DNA of 57,520 nucleotides, filler included, from Callorhinchus milii (lineage: Eukaryota): NCBI RefSeq assembly GCF_018977255.1. It is 2 parts of 2 records of this genome, joined end to end, with 100 filler letters (N's around TTAATTAATTAA, not from the genome) between each part and the next. Parts side by side here need not be neighbours in the genome. Positions count along the whole stretch, not along the records: positions 1 to 28,727 come from NW_024705667.1; positions 28,828 to 57,520 come from NW_024705668.1. One strand, 5' to 3'. The notes under the pieces were generated by a model, which was given only the letters and a program-made list of their open reading frames with translations, did not search any database and was not told where the DNA came from. Positions 24,060-34,848 of this stretch are shown one piece after another (the stretch's first letter is position 1; each line of letters opens with the position of its first letter). A program made the position numbers and the translations under genes.

Positions 24060-26810
24060 ATGACAATTGCGTCAATACACAGGATACAAAATATTTACTA
24101 TCCGATTCTCACTGCCGTTGATGTTCCTGGCAAGTTGTTTAATTAATTGATAAGTTAGATTTTTTTGCAGTAAAGCAAATATTGCATCCTGTCTCAGCTT
24201 GTAGCACTTTCTCCTCTGAATCAGAAGGATGCGCTTTCATATCCATTGAACTTTGTTGGAAGATTTGAATAAGAGCTTAATAAATAAAGACCTGCTTGGC
24301 TATTTAGATATTAGAGATCTGTAGAAGAGTTGAAATCTACAAGAGAATTTGTTAGGAGTGTTGGGCAACAAGCTCTTGGAAAGAATTTCCAGATTTAATT
24401 GATAATTCTCTTGATGGCTTTTGTCTGCCGTTTAGCTGCCGCGTTTGCCAAGAAACAAATATTTCAGTAACCTCCAGTCAATTACATTGAGATGTTTGGA
24501 CGCCGACAGGTGGCGCTTCATCAAATGTTATTCAGTCGGTACCGTGCTCCTGATGTACATATCAAATTCCTGTAGCTCAGTGGATAGAGCACGAACATCG
24601 CAAGCGAGAGACCTGGGTTCTATTCCGGTCATGGTGAAATGTTGGGCAAGATTACTCACTCCATATGCTTCTGTTTACCGAGCAGAAATAAGGAACCTAG
24701 TTGTGAGTCGATTGGTCGATCGCTTTTCTGAAGACAGTAATCCTTTACAAAAATGTCACTCAATCCAAGAGCTTCTGAGGAACATTGATGTGTGCAATTG
24801 TCTGCCGCGGCCTGCGTGTGTTTCTGCATATCTCTCTGTCTCCCTGTCTCTTCTCTCTTCTCTCTCTCTCTCTTTCTCTCTCTATTTCACTTTGTCTTTC
24901 TCTGTCTGTATGCGACTTTTTGTTTCCCACTGTATCTGTGTATATAACTGCTTATGTTTGTCTCCTTCTCAGGATCTCTCTGTGTCACTCCATCTCTGCA
25001 TTTCTGTATATCCCTATTTGATTGTTTCTCTTGTGCTCTCTGCAATGACCTCTCTCTTGCGCACCTGTAACTCTCTGCTTCTTTCTCTGTCTGTGTGTTT
25101 GTGTCTCTCTATATGAGTGTATATATCACTGCATGCGTAGGTGTATATATACACATATATTTTTATAAATCTGTCTTTCGCTTGGTTTCTGTATCAAAAT
25201 GTACATCTCTCTATCAGTGCGTTTATCATTGTGTGTTTTTCTCTCTCGCTGTGAGTCTCCCTCTGTTTGTCTCAGTCTCTGTCTTGCTATCTGTGTGTTT
25301 GTCCAACGTTCTCCCCATCTGTGTGCGTCTCATTGTTTCTGAGTGCGTTTGTTCTTGTTTGCGAATGCATTTGTTTCTGTGTCTCTGTCTCTGTGAGCTA
25401 ATCTCTCATCTGTTTCCGTTTGAAAATGATTGTGAATTTCTGCTGCTTACTACGTGCTGCTGTTTTTACCTCCGGGTCAGACCAGAACAGAACTGCACAC
25501 AAACAGCGAAACTGTTTTCGAGGGCATAAGCAATATTTCTGTTTTTGCGTTCCCTAAGCATAACCCGTAAGAATCATAGCGAAATCCTGTATTGAAATTG
25601 TGTAACATAATTACAGTTTCACTCTATTTTAGTTACAATGCAAACTGTAAACAGGCAATGAAAAAAATCATACACATTTTTAACTACTGTTACAGTCCCT
25701 GATGAGTTATCTGTCTTGTGTGCCTTCTGTCTGCTTCTGTTATTGTATCTGTTTCACTCACGATGTTTGTTTCTCTATATAAGGCGCTCCAATTCCCTAC
25801 ACCGCGAAAAGGGCGCTATATAAATACAAGTTATGTTTGTTTTTGTATCTGTCTCTCTCCGTCTTTCGCTCTGTATCTGACTCTCTGGCTGTTTCTGTGT
25901 AGATTTCTTGAAACTGTATGAGCTGTACCAATGTATTAAGTACATTCAATTCGTTGCATTACTGTGATGCGCATTTTTCTTTCTTCCTGTAGCTAACCTG
26001 GTGTCGACAGTGATCCTGTCTCGAAGGCGGTGCGGTCTCTGCAAATCTGTCTCTCTCTATCTGTTGGCCATGTCAGCAGCAGATCTGATGGTGATTATCT
26101 TTTCAGTGATTTTGTATCGAGTTATCCCTTCTTATTTCCCAAACTCATTCGTTTCCATCACACCGGTGTGTGGACTACTTTTGGTCCTTTCTGGTTCAGC
26201 AACATCAATCTCTGTCTGGTTAACTGTGGCTTTCACCTTTGATCGATATGTGGCCATTTGTTGTCAAAATCTGAAAACAAAATATTATTCCGCTAAAGGT
26301 GCTTGTACATTGATAGCGATATTGAGCGTGATTTCAGTTGTGATAAACATTCCCTGGGGTTTTATAGTTGAACCACAGTACATAATGAATAATATACCGT
26401 GGGGATGCGAACCTAAAGCAACCTATTTCACTTCTCTCAACTGGTCAGCGTTTGACACGGTTTATTACATTTTAAAACCAATTCTCCCATTCGTTATGAT
26501 TTTGCTTTTCAACGCACTGACGGTCAGGCACATACTGGTGGCGAGTCGAGTCCGAAATAGATTGCGGGGACACAGCAATAGGAAGAAGAATAGAGGAGCG
26601 AGTGGCAGTGATCCAGAGACTTGTAAAATATTTTACAAGTCAGTGCCTGGTGAACATCTATATATTATCTTGCAGACTGCTTACATGCTTCAGCTTTTGA
26701 GTTCCTGTACAAACACATGTATTTATGCGGTTACACAGACGAAATTCAGGGAGGAGCTTCGCAAAGTGGTCACTTTTCCATTCTTTCTAATTCTTAGATT
26801 ATTTCATTAG
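24060..26810 (+). CDS. GPR139/GPR142-like GPCR, two exons (24060-24129, 25993-26810), TM6 absent
   Basis: Exon 1 MTIASIHRIQNIYYPILTAVDVP + GC donor, phase 1; acceptor TTTCTTCCTGTAG gives in-frame ANLV..ILSR..CGL, MSAADL, FTFDRYVAICC, LLSSCTNTCIYAVTQ; open to TAG at 26810. Confidence 0.85.
24568..24690 (+). mobile_element. tRNA-SINE head in GPCR intron
   Basis: TCCTGTAGCTCAGTGGATAGAGCAC..GCAAGCGAGAGACCTGGGTTC..TTGGGCAAG. Confidence 0.7.
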
Positions 26811-28097
26811 CAAACTCTGATAACCTTTTGGATGAACAGAAATCTAGAACTTGCTACACTGTCTGTTCACATCCCCAGGTTAGCGTCAGAGATGGAGGAA
26901 AGCTCCCTCCAATCTGACCATCAAAACTCACAGGTCACGGAGAGAGATAATGTAAATTTAAATCTTCACCTCCCGTACACGTTCTGATGTAAGTGTATTT
27001 TGCAGAAATGTTGTGAGTCGGTTAACAACATACGTTGGCGAGTGTCTGTCTGTCTCTTCATATGTATTTTGTTTTGAATGCAGCTTCATATTTGTGTTTC
27101 ACTCTCACAGTGTGTGAGTGTATGTCTATCTGTGTTTTCGTGTGTTTCAGTATGTATTTGCCAATATGACTGTGTCTGTCTGTGTGTATATGTGTGTGTG
27201 TGAGCGCGCGCGCGCGCGGCTGTGTGTTGTGTGTCTGTGTGTGTGTAGGTCAGTGTATATGCGTTTGTCTCCGTTTGTGAATGTGTGTGTGTTTGCTTCT
27301 GTGATTTTATACGAGTGAATGTGTGCGTGACCGTGCGTCGATTTATGTGTGAGGATATGTAGATTAGTTTCTGTAAGTGTCCATGTGCATGTGTAGGTTT
27401 GTGTGTGTGTGGTTCACTGTCTATGTGAGTTTGCCAGTCTGCGTTTTTGTGTGTTTTATTATTTATATGCCAGAGCGTGAGGATGCATGTGCAGATCAGT
27501 TTATATGTGTAGGTCAGTCTGTGTGTGTGATTGAGCGTGAGGTGTTCAGTGTGTGTGTGTGTGTGTCTGTGTGTGTGTGTGTGTGTATGTGTGTGCTTAT
27601 GCGTTTTGGTGTGTTGGATCCGAGAGCAGTCGCTGTTCCCTCTCGCTTACATCTCTTGCTTCCGTACCAGCAGTGGTGATACAATTAGCATCTGTTTCTG
27701 TTCAGCTCTGTTTCCCTCTCTCTCTACCTCAAACACCACATATCCAACTCAAAATCTCCGATTCCTGCCCCCACTCACCACCCCCCGCCCCCCAAACCCA
27801 CCGGCCAACCCCTGCACACCGACCACCGCCAGGACACAGGTCGAGGAGGACGAGGAGGAGGAGGAATGTAAATGACAATCACATATCTGTACAGTACAGA
27901 TACGTGTTTGTCATTTACATTCAGGACAACCCAAGTCCACCCATGTGCAGAATGGTCTCCCTTCCCTCTGCCCTGAACTCCATGTTCCTGCCTAACAGCC
28001 ACGAGTTCCCCTGTAGTTACAGGGACCGAAGCTGATTACAGTAACTGACGTTCACACAAGAGCTGACAGTGTAAAGCGCTGCCTTGCCTTTCCAAAT

Positions 28098-28727
28098 CAG
28101 TCCAGTCTGTCACCATTACAGTCCAGGCATGTCACCATTACAATCCAGTCATGTCACCATTACAATCCAGTCATGTAACCATTACAGGCCAGTCATGTCA
28201 ATACTACAGTCCAGTCATGTCACAATTACAGTCCAGTCATGTCACTATTACAGTCCAGTCATGTCACCATTAAATAATAATAATAATAATAATCCTTGCA
28301 TTTGATATAGCGCTTTTCACGTCGGGAGGACGTCCCAAAGCGCTTCACAGAATATACTGTAAAGTGAGTTGACTGTATATTTTTGGGCGAACGCGGCAGC
28401 CAATTGCGCACAGCAATGTCCCACAAACAGTCATAGATTGAAAATGACCAATTTAATTATTGTTTTTGTTTTTTGGAGGGATTATTATTAGGCGTGTGGA
28501 GTAAGGAAACTTGCCCAAGGTTTCGCCCTGCCTGGAATTGAACTCAGGTCTCTCACTTGCAAAGCGAGTGCTCTAACCACTGAGCTACAGGACTCCACTA
28601 AAGTCCAGTTATGTCACCATTAGAGTCCAGTCATGCCACGATTACAGGAAAGTCATGTCACGATTACAGAAAAGTCATGTCACAATTAAAGTCCAGTCAT
28701 GTCACCATTACAGTGCAGTCATGTCAT
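28098..28727. repeat. 22-bp minisatellite (CAGTCCAGTCATGTCACCATTA), interrupted by a SINE
   Basis: Units visible on both sides of 28273-28596; runs into the gap. Confidence 0.9.
28273..28596 (-). mobile_element. Full-length tRNA-derived SINE
   Basis: rc starts GGAGTCCTGTAGCTCAGTGGTTAGAGC; B box AGTTCAATTCC; CCTTGGGCAAG segment; Deu-like domain; L2-like tail and (TTA)n. Confidence 0.85.
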
Positions 28728-28827
28728 NNNNNNNNNNNNNNNNNNNNNNNNNNNNNNNNNNNNNNNNNNNNTTAATTAATTAANNNNNNNNNNNNNNNNN
28801 NNNNNNNNNNNNNNNNNNNNNNNNNNN
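28728..28827. other. Artificial contig spacer N44-TTAATTAATTAA-N44
   Basis: Exactly 100 nt, symmetric, central 12-mer gives stop codons in all six frames. Confidence 0.95.
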
Positions 28828-29373
28828 ACACACACACAAATTTATACACACAACATTTATACACACAACATTTATACACACAACATTTACACACAACATT
28901 TATACATACAACATTTATACACACAAATTTATACACACAACATTTATACACACAACATTTACACACACAACATTTACACACACAACATTTATACACACAA
29001 CATTGTATACACACAACATGTATACACACAACATTTATACACACAACATTTATACACACAACATTTATACACACAACATTTACACACACAACATTTACAC
29101 ACACAACATTTATACACACAACATTTATACACACAACATTTATACACACAACATTTATACACACAACATGTATACACACAACATTTACACACACAACATT
29201 TACACACACAACATTTATACATACAACATTTATACACACAACATTTATACACACAACATTTACACACACAACATTTATACACACAACATTTATACACACA
29301 ACATTTATACACACAACATTTATACATACAACATTTATACATACAACATTTATACACACAACATTTATACATA
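28828..29373. repeat. 15-bp tandem repeat (ACACAACATTTATAC)
   Basis: Direct inspection; 5-aa periodic ORFs (YTHNI)n. Confidence 0.95.
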
Positions 29374-29426
29374 CCTAGTTGAAAACCCCGCCTTTTCTGC
29401 GTGTTTCTCCGTGTGATGATGGGAGC

Positions 29427-29610
29427 TTCTGGAAGTCTCTAGAAGTCTCTAGAATTCGCTGGAAGTCTCGAGAAGTCACTAAAAGTCTCTAGAAGTCTCT
29501 AGAAGTCACTAGAAGTCACTAGAAGTCACTAGAAGTCACTATAATTCGCTGTAAGTCACGAGAAGTCACTATAATTCGCTGTAAGTCACGAGAAGTCGCT
29601 AGAATTCGCT
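29427..29610. repeat. 10-bp tandem repeat (AGAAGTCACT-like) with 40-bp higher-order unit
   Basis: Direct inspection. Confidence 0.85.
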
Positions 29611-29699
29611 GGGAGCTACAATAAGATGCGTCACCCTGAATCGAAATGTTGAGAAAATGGCGGAACGCGTCACCTGGCTTCACACAAAGATGGAGCCCG

Positions 29700-29950
29700 C
29701 CCACCCACTCAGCCAATCAGCAGCCCCCCTCTCACACACCCTCGCCTCAGCCAATCAGCAACCGTCTTACTCAACCACTCAGCCAATCAGCAACGCCTCA
29801 CACACCCACGCCTAGGCCAATCAGCAATCGGCTCACTCAGCCACTCAGCCATCAGCAATCGTCTTACTCACACACCCACGCCTCAGTCAATCAGCAACGC
29901 CTCACACACCCACGCTTCAGCCAATCAGCAACCGTCTTACTCAGCCACTC
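29700..29950 (+). repeat. Degenerate tandem repeat carrying multiple CCAAT boxes (CAGCCAATCAGCAAC)
   Basis: About five exact GCCAATCAGC copies plus variants. Confidence 0.75.
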
Positions 29951-29999
29951 AGTCGTCCAGCTCCCCCCACCAAACGCTTGGATTACGTACAGTGCCGAG

Positions 30000-30755
30000 T
30001 CTCTCTCTCTCTGTGTGTCTGTGTGTGTCTCTCTGTGTGTCTGTGTGTGTGTGTGTGTCTCTGTGTGTCTGTGTGTGTCTCTCTCTCTGTGTCTGTGTGT
30101 GTGTCTCTCTCTGTGTGTCTGTGTGTGTGTCTCTCTGTGTGTGTCTCTCTGTGTGTGTCTATGTGTGTCTCTCACTCTGTGTGTCTCTCACTCCGTGTCT
30201 GTGTGTGTCTCTCACTCTCTGTGTGTGTCTGTGTGTCTGTGTGTGTCTCTCTCTGTGTGTGTCTCTGTCTGTGTCTCTCTCTGTGTGTGTCTCTGTCTGT
30301 GTCTCTCTCTGTGTGTCTCTGTGTGTGTCTCTCTCTGTGTGTGTGTCTGTGTGTCTCTCTCTCTCTGTCTCTGTGTGTGTGTGTCTCTGTGTGTGTCTCT
30401 CTGTGTCTCTGTCTGTGTCTCTGTGTGTGTCTGTGTGTCGGTCTGTGTCTCCGTGTGTGTCTCTCTCACTGTGTCTCTCTCTTTGTGTCTCTCTTTCTGT
30501 GTCTCTGTGTGTGTCTCTCTCTCTGTGTCTCTGTCTGTGTCTCTGTGTGTGTCTCTCTCTCTGTGTCTCTCTGTTTGTGTCTCTCTGTCTGTGTCTCTGT
30601 GTGTGTCTCTCTCTCTGTGTCTCTGTGTGTGTCTCTCTGTCTGTGTGTCTCTCTCACTGTGTCTTTCTCACTGTGTCTCTCTCACTGTGTGTATATCTGT
30701 GTCTCTCTCACTGTGTCTCTGTGTCTCTCTCACTGTGTCTCTCTCACTGTGTCTC
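30000..30755. repeat. (CT)/(GT) compound low-complexity tract
   Basis: Direct inspection. Confidence 0.95.
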
Positions 30756-30756
30756 G

Positions 30757-31260
30757 CAGAAGGGAAATAATAAAATAATAAAATACAACAAAGTCGCGTA
30801 GAAGAGAAATAATAAAATAATAAAAATTTTACATAAAGTCGTGTACAAGAGAAATAATACAATAATACAAATAAAACATAAAGTCGCGTAGAAGGGAAAT
30901 AATAAAATAATAAAAATACACATAAAGTCGCGTACAAGGGAAATGATAAAATAGTAACAATTAAACATAAAGTCGCATGGAAGGGAAATAATAATATAAT
31001 AAAACATAAAGTCGCGTAAAAGAGAAATAAAATGATACAAATAGAACAAAGTCGCATAGAAGGGAAATAATAAAATAATAATTCACCATAAAGGCACGTA
31101 GAAGGGAAATAATAAAATAATAACATTTAAACAAAGTCGCATAGGAGGGAAATAATAAACTAATAAAAATACAGCATAATAAAATAATTCTTTTTATACG
31201 TAATCAAATAATTATTTTTATTATGTTTTGTTTTTATTACGTAGAATGGAAATAATAAAA
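30757..31260. repeat. AT-rich ~45-60-bp tandem repeat (AAGTCGCGTAGAAGGGAAATAATAAAAT)
   Basis: About 9 diverged units. Confidence 0.8.
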
Positions 31261-31981
31261 TAATAAAATATTTTATTATGTATAAAAATAAAACATAATA
31301 AAATTATTTTTTTAGGTCGCGGGTTCGATCCCCGCATCCTCCACGCAAACAATAGTTTTCAAAAAGGAAACTCCGTGTTTACATTCACGAGCAGAGACCC
31401 CGTTGCGCTGAAGGTGATGAACGTGTTTCAGTGCGACAACAACAACAAGCCGCCAAGAGGCTTCCTCGGGGTGCAGCTCTCAGCTGGCGCCTCTCGCGTT
31501 CTCACGAGCGCCGCCTGCCGCCCAGAGGCGGGAGTCTTCAGCGCAGCGAGCAACTCGCGCCGCACTTTTACAGCAACTAAGATGCGGGTTTATTAAACTG
31601 CAAATCCGCATCATAAATCGAGGGCGACGAGACGTCAAGCTGGGTCACCAATGTGAACATGTCACCAACAATAACGCTGGGCGTTACATTTAAAATAAAA
31701 AAATATTCCTCGTGGAGGATGCGGGCATCGAACCTAAACGTCGAAGAGTTTAGTGTTGTAGTGGCGTGCTCACGCTACCAACGACGCTAAACTCTCCTTG
31801 GCATCGAGAGGGCTCAAGTGTAGTTACTAGCGTGCCAGTCGTGTGTGTTAGCGAGTTCTGTGTTGTTAGCAAGACATTTCACACCGTCTATCCTTGTACT
31901 GGACGTGCATTTGAGATGTGTAACACAATGAGCATGATATGTACAAATTTCACCAAACGGATATCCCCATCATGATCACGT

Positions 31982-32048
31982 GGGCTCTGTGGTGTAATGG
32001 TTAACGCGGCTGCCTGCGGATTAGAAGGTTCGACTCCTGCCAGGCGCG
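31982..32048 (+). pseudogene. tRNA-Arg(ACG)-like pseudogene with short internal deletion
   Basis: GTGGTGTAATGGTTAACGCG.CTG.CT.CGGAT.AGAAGGTTCGACTCCTG colinear with tRNA-Arg(ACG). Confidence 0.6.
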
Positions 32049-32738
32049 ATGAGATTTTTATTAAAAAAATATTTCTCGTCACATCTCATTCGCCTTAACA
32101 GGGGCTTCAAAACAGCAAAATCGAGGGCGACAAGAGGTCAAGCTGGTTCACCAATGTGAACATGTCACCAACAATAACGATGGATGTTACATTTAAAATT
32201 TGATTTAAAAAAATATTCCTCGTGGAGGATGCGGGGATTGATCCGGCTACCAAAACATCGGAGAATTCAACACACTTAGTGGCGTGCTCACGCTACCAGG
32301 TGCGCTGATCTCTCCGTAGCATCGAGAGGGTCCTAGTGTCGTTGGTATCGTGCAAGCTGTGTGTGTCATCTTCTTGGTTCTTTCGGTAAAGTCACGTAGA
32401 ATGGAAATAATAAAATAATAAAACATAATAAAGTAATACATTTTTTAAACACATTAAAATTTTATTTTATTATTTTTATTTAAAAATATAATAAAATAAT
32501 TATTTTTTGCTCATGGGCAAATTTTATTTTATTATTTTTTTAACAATATAAAACATAAAATAATTATTTTATTACGTTATATAATAAAAATACGAACCAT
32601 GTAAAAGTAAAATTACGATCAACAATGTTTCTTTTAATAAACAGCAAATCCCAATCAAGCGGTCAGTGCCTTGCTCAATGGACTCACCAAATGTGTAACG
32701 TTTTCTATTTGAATAAATGTAAAAAATATATTCGCCTG

Positions 32739-32811
32739 TGGAGGACGCGGGGATCGAACCCGCGACCTTTCGCATGGGAATCGAGGGCGCTACCCACTGC
32801 GAAACATTAAC
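32739..32811 (-). pseudogene. tRNA-Ala-like sequence or SINE head (fragments also near 31315, 31710, 32220)
   Basis: rc ...CATGCGAAAGGTCGCGGGTTCGATCCCCGCGTCCTCCA resembles the tRNA-Ala 3' half. Confidence 0.55.
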
Positions 32812-32823
32812 ATAATATATTAA

Positions 32824-32900
32824 TGACGTCACTCGTTGTGGGAGGGGAATTGCTTGTACCACAGAAATGACGTCATGTCATCTGCTGCCGCGTGACGTCA
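32824..32900 (+). promoter_or_regulatory. Three perfect CRE/ATF palindromes (TGACGTCA), candidate zinc-finger gene promoter
   Basis: TGACGTCA at 32824, 32868 and 32893 in CpG-rich context, followed by ATGAAATCCGAG|GTGAGA. Confidence 0.55.
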
Positions 32901-33599
32901 CAAGCTGCAGCTTCGCGCGTGCAATGAAATCCGAGGTGAGAAATTCTCATCGTTGTTGTTTGTTGTTGTTGGGTTTGGTTGTTGTTGTTGTTACCAAGCT
33001 AGAGCCTCGCTCTCTCTCTCGTAGGGATGTCACTAGAGCAGCAGCAGCTTGTGAATCGATGTCCAAGTTGGAACTTTACAACGCGGGGCCTAGACACGCG
33101 GGGCCTTGCCTCCTGCCCTCGCCTGGTCGCGTTTGCTTTAATTCCCTCCCTTAAGTTTAATTTGTCTTCACGCGGCTCGCTACTTTGTCACTTTGGTTTA
33201 TTGTAGATATTAACGCAGTTTTTTTTTTCGTTTTTTACCAGCCCAAGCCCGCCTGAGCTGCTGTACCGCTCTTGTTTACAGAAGCTACCTGCCCACAACA
33301 ACAACAAGGTGGTGGGTGGGTTTTGTCAACACGTGTGTCAATGTTTTGACTTAAAACTTTCGTAACTGCAGCAATTCATATTCTTGGTTCTTTCGGTGAA
33401 GTCACGGAGATAGAAAATTTTGTAAAAATAACATAATAAAATGAATAAAAGTAAACAAAATTGTAAATAAATAAAAAAACCCCACGACGTTTCGATCAAG
33501 TGGCATTTATTTGATGTTATTATCTGTTGTTATTGTCTATCTACGTGACTTTACCGAAAGAACCAAGAATACGTGTGGAAATGTGTATCGGTCAAAGAC

Positions 33600-34642
33600 G
33601 CTAAACGCGTGCTGATGTTGACTCTAAATGTGGAGGGGAAACCCGGGAGATTCGGAGGAAAATCCACGCGACCACGGAGAGAGAGACACGCAAACTCCAA
33701 ATATACAGCAGCAGCAGCAGGCGTCAGGGTCGGGATCGAACCCACGACTTCCTGTATACCAGGTGAGGTAGTCAACATCTCACCATGGAGAGAGAGAGAC
33801 ACGCAAACTCCAAATATACAGCAGCAGCAGGCGTCAGGGTCGGGATCGAACCCACGACTTCCTGTATACCAGGTGAGGTAGTAACATCTCACCATGGAGA
33901 GAGAGAGACACGCAAACTCCAAAAGCAGCAGCAGGCGTCAGGGTCGGGATCGAACCCACGACTTCCTGTATACCAGGCGAGGTAGTCAACATCTCACCAC
34001 GGAGAGAGAGACACGCAAACTCCAAATATACAGCAGCAGGCGTCAGGGTCGGGATCGAACCCACGACTTCCTGTATACCAGGCGAGGTAGTTAACATCTC
34101 ACCACGGGAGAGAGACACGCAAACTCCAAATATACAGCAGCAGGCGTCAGGGTCGGGATCGAACCCACGACTTCCTGTATACCAGGCGAGGTAGTTAACA
34201 TCTCACCACGGAGAGAGAGACACGCAAACTCCAAATATACAGCAGCAGGCGTCAGGGTCGGGATCGAACCCACGACCTCCTGTATACCAGGTGAGGTAGT
34301 TAACATCTCACCACGGAGAGAGAGAGACACGCAAACTCCAAATATACAGCAGCAGGCGTCAGGGTCGGGATCGAACCCACGACTTCCTGTATACCAGGCG
34401 AGGTAGTTAACATCTCACCACGGAGAGAGAGAGACACGCAAACTCCAAATATACAGCAGCAGCAGGCGTCAGGGTCGGGATCGAACCCACGACTTCCTGT
34501 ATACCAGGCGAGGTAGTTAACATTCACCACGGAGAGAGAGAGAGACACGCAAACTCCAAATATAAAGCAGCAGGCGTCAGGGTCGGGATTGAACCCACGA
34601 CTTCCTGTATACCAGGTGAGGTAGTCAGCATCTCACCACGGA
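33600..34642 (-). mobile_element. V-SINE-like element whose tRNA-related head is tandemly amplified 9 times (~107 bp unit)
   Basis: rc GGAGTTTGCGTGTCTCTC..CCGTGGTCGCGTGGATTTTCCTCCG..CCGGGTTTCCCCTCCACAT resembles the V-domain; each unit has B box GGTTCGATCCC. Confidence 0.8.
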
Positions 34643-34848
34643 GATACGAGGGCTTCCAGACATATTTATGACCATTTGCCCTCTCATTGTGTGCAATAAC
34701 AGCCCGTGTGATGAATTTGGGAAACTTTTTCACGACATCATGAATATGTGAATAAGTATAGAAGTCACGTGTGACTGTGTTTTTGCATTCATCTGTGCCT
34801 CGATACTGACGTGTAGGTGGTGTGCATATTCTTTTTTTCTGTCTACAG

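Noticed and set aside
24445..25921. 223-aa and 144-aa ORFs
   Set aside because: Run through a SINE head and CT-rich intronic sequence of the GPCR gene
27118..28035. Cys/Val-rich ORFs
   Set aside because: (GT)n microsatellite translations
28772..28783. TTAATTAATTAA as piggyBac TTAA target or homeodomain site
   Set aside because: Centred in a symmetric N spacer, so artificial
28772..31126. Long ORFs (CINVV, YTHNI, SLCV repeats up to 374 aa)
   Set aside because: Translations of satellites and CT/GT low-complexity DNA
31375..31596. VALKVM motif as the missing kinase N-lobe exon
   Set aside because: Wrong strand and position relative to the minus-strand kinase; no glycine loop
33672..34642. 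CRISPR-like regular array
   Set aside because: Units are contiguous and near-identical with no unique spacers, no cas genes, and eukaryotic SINE origin
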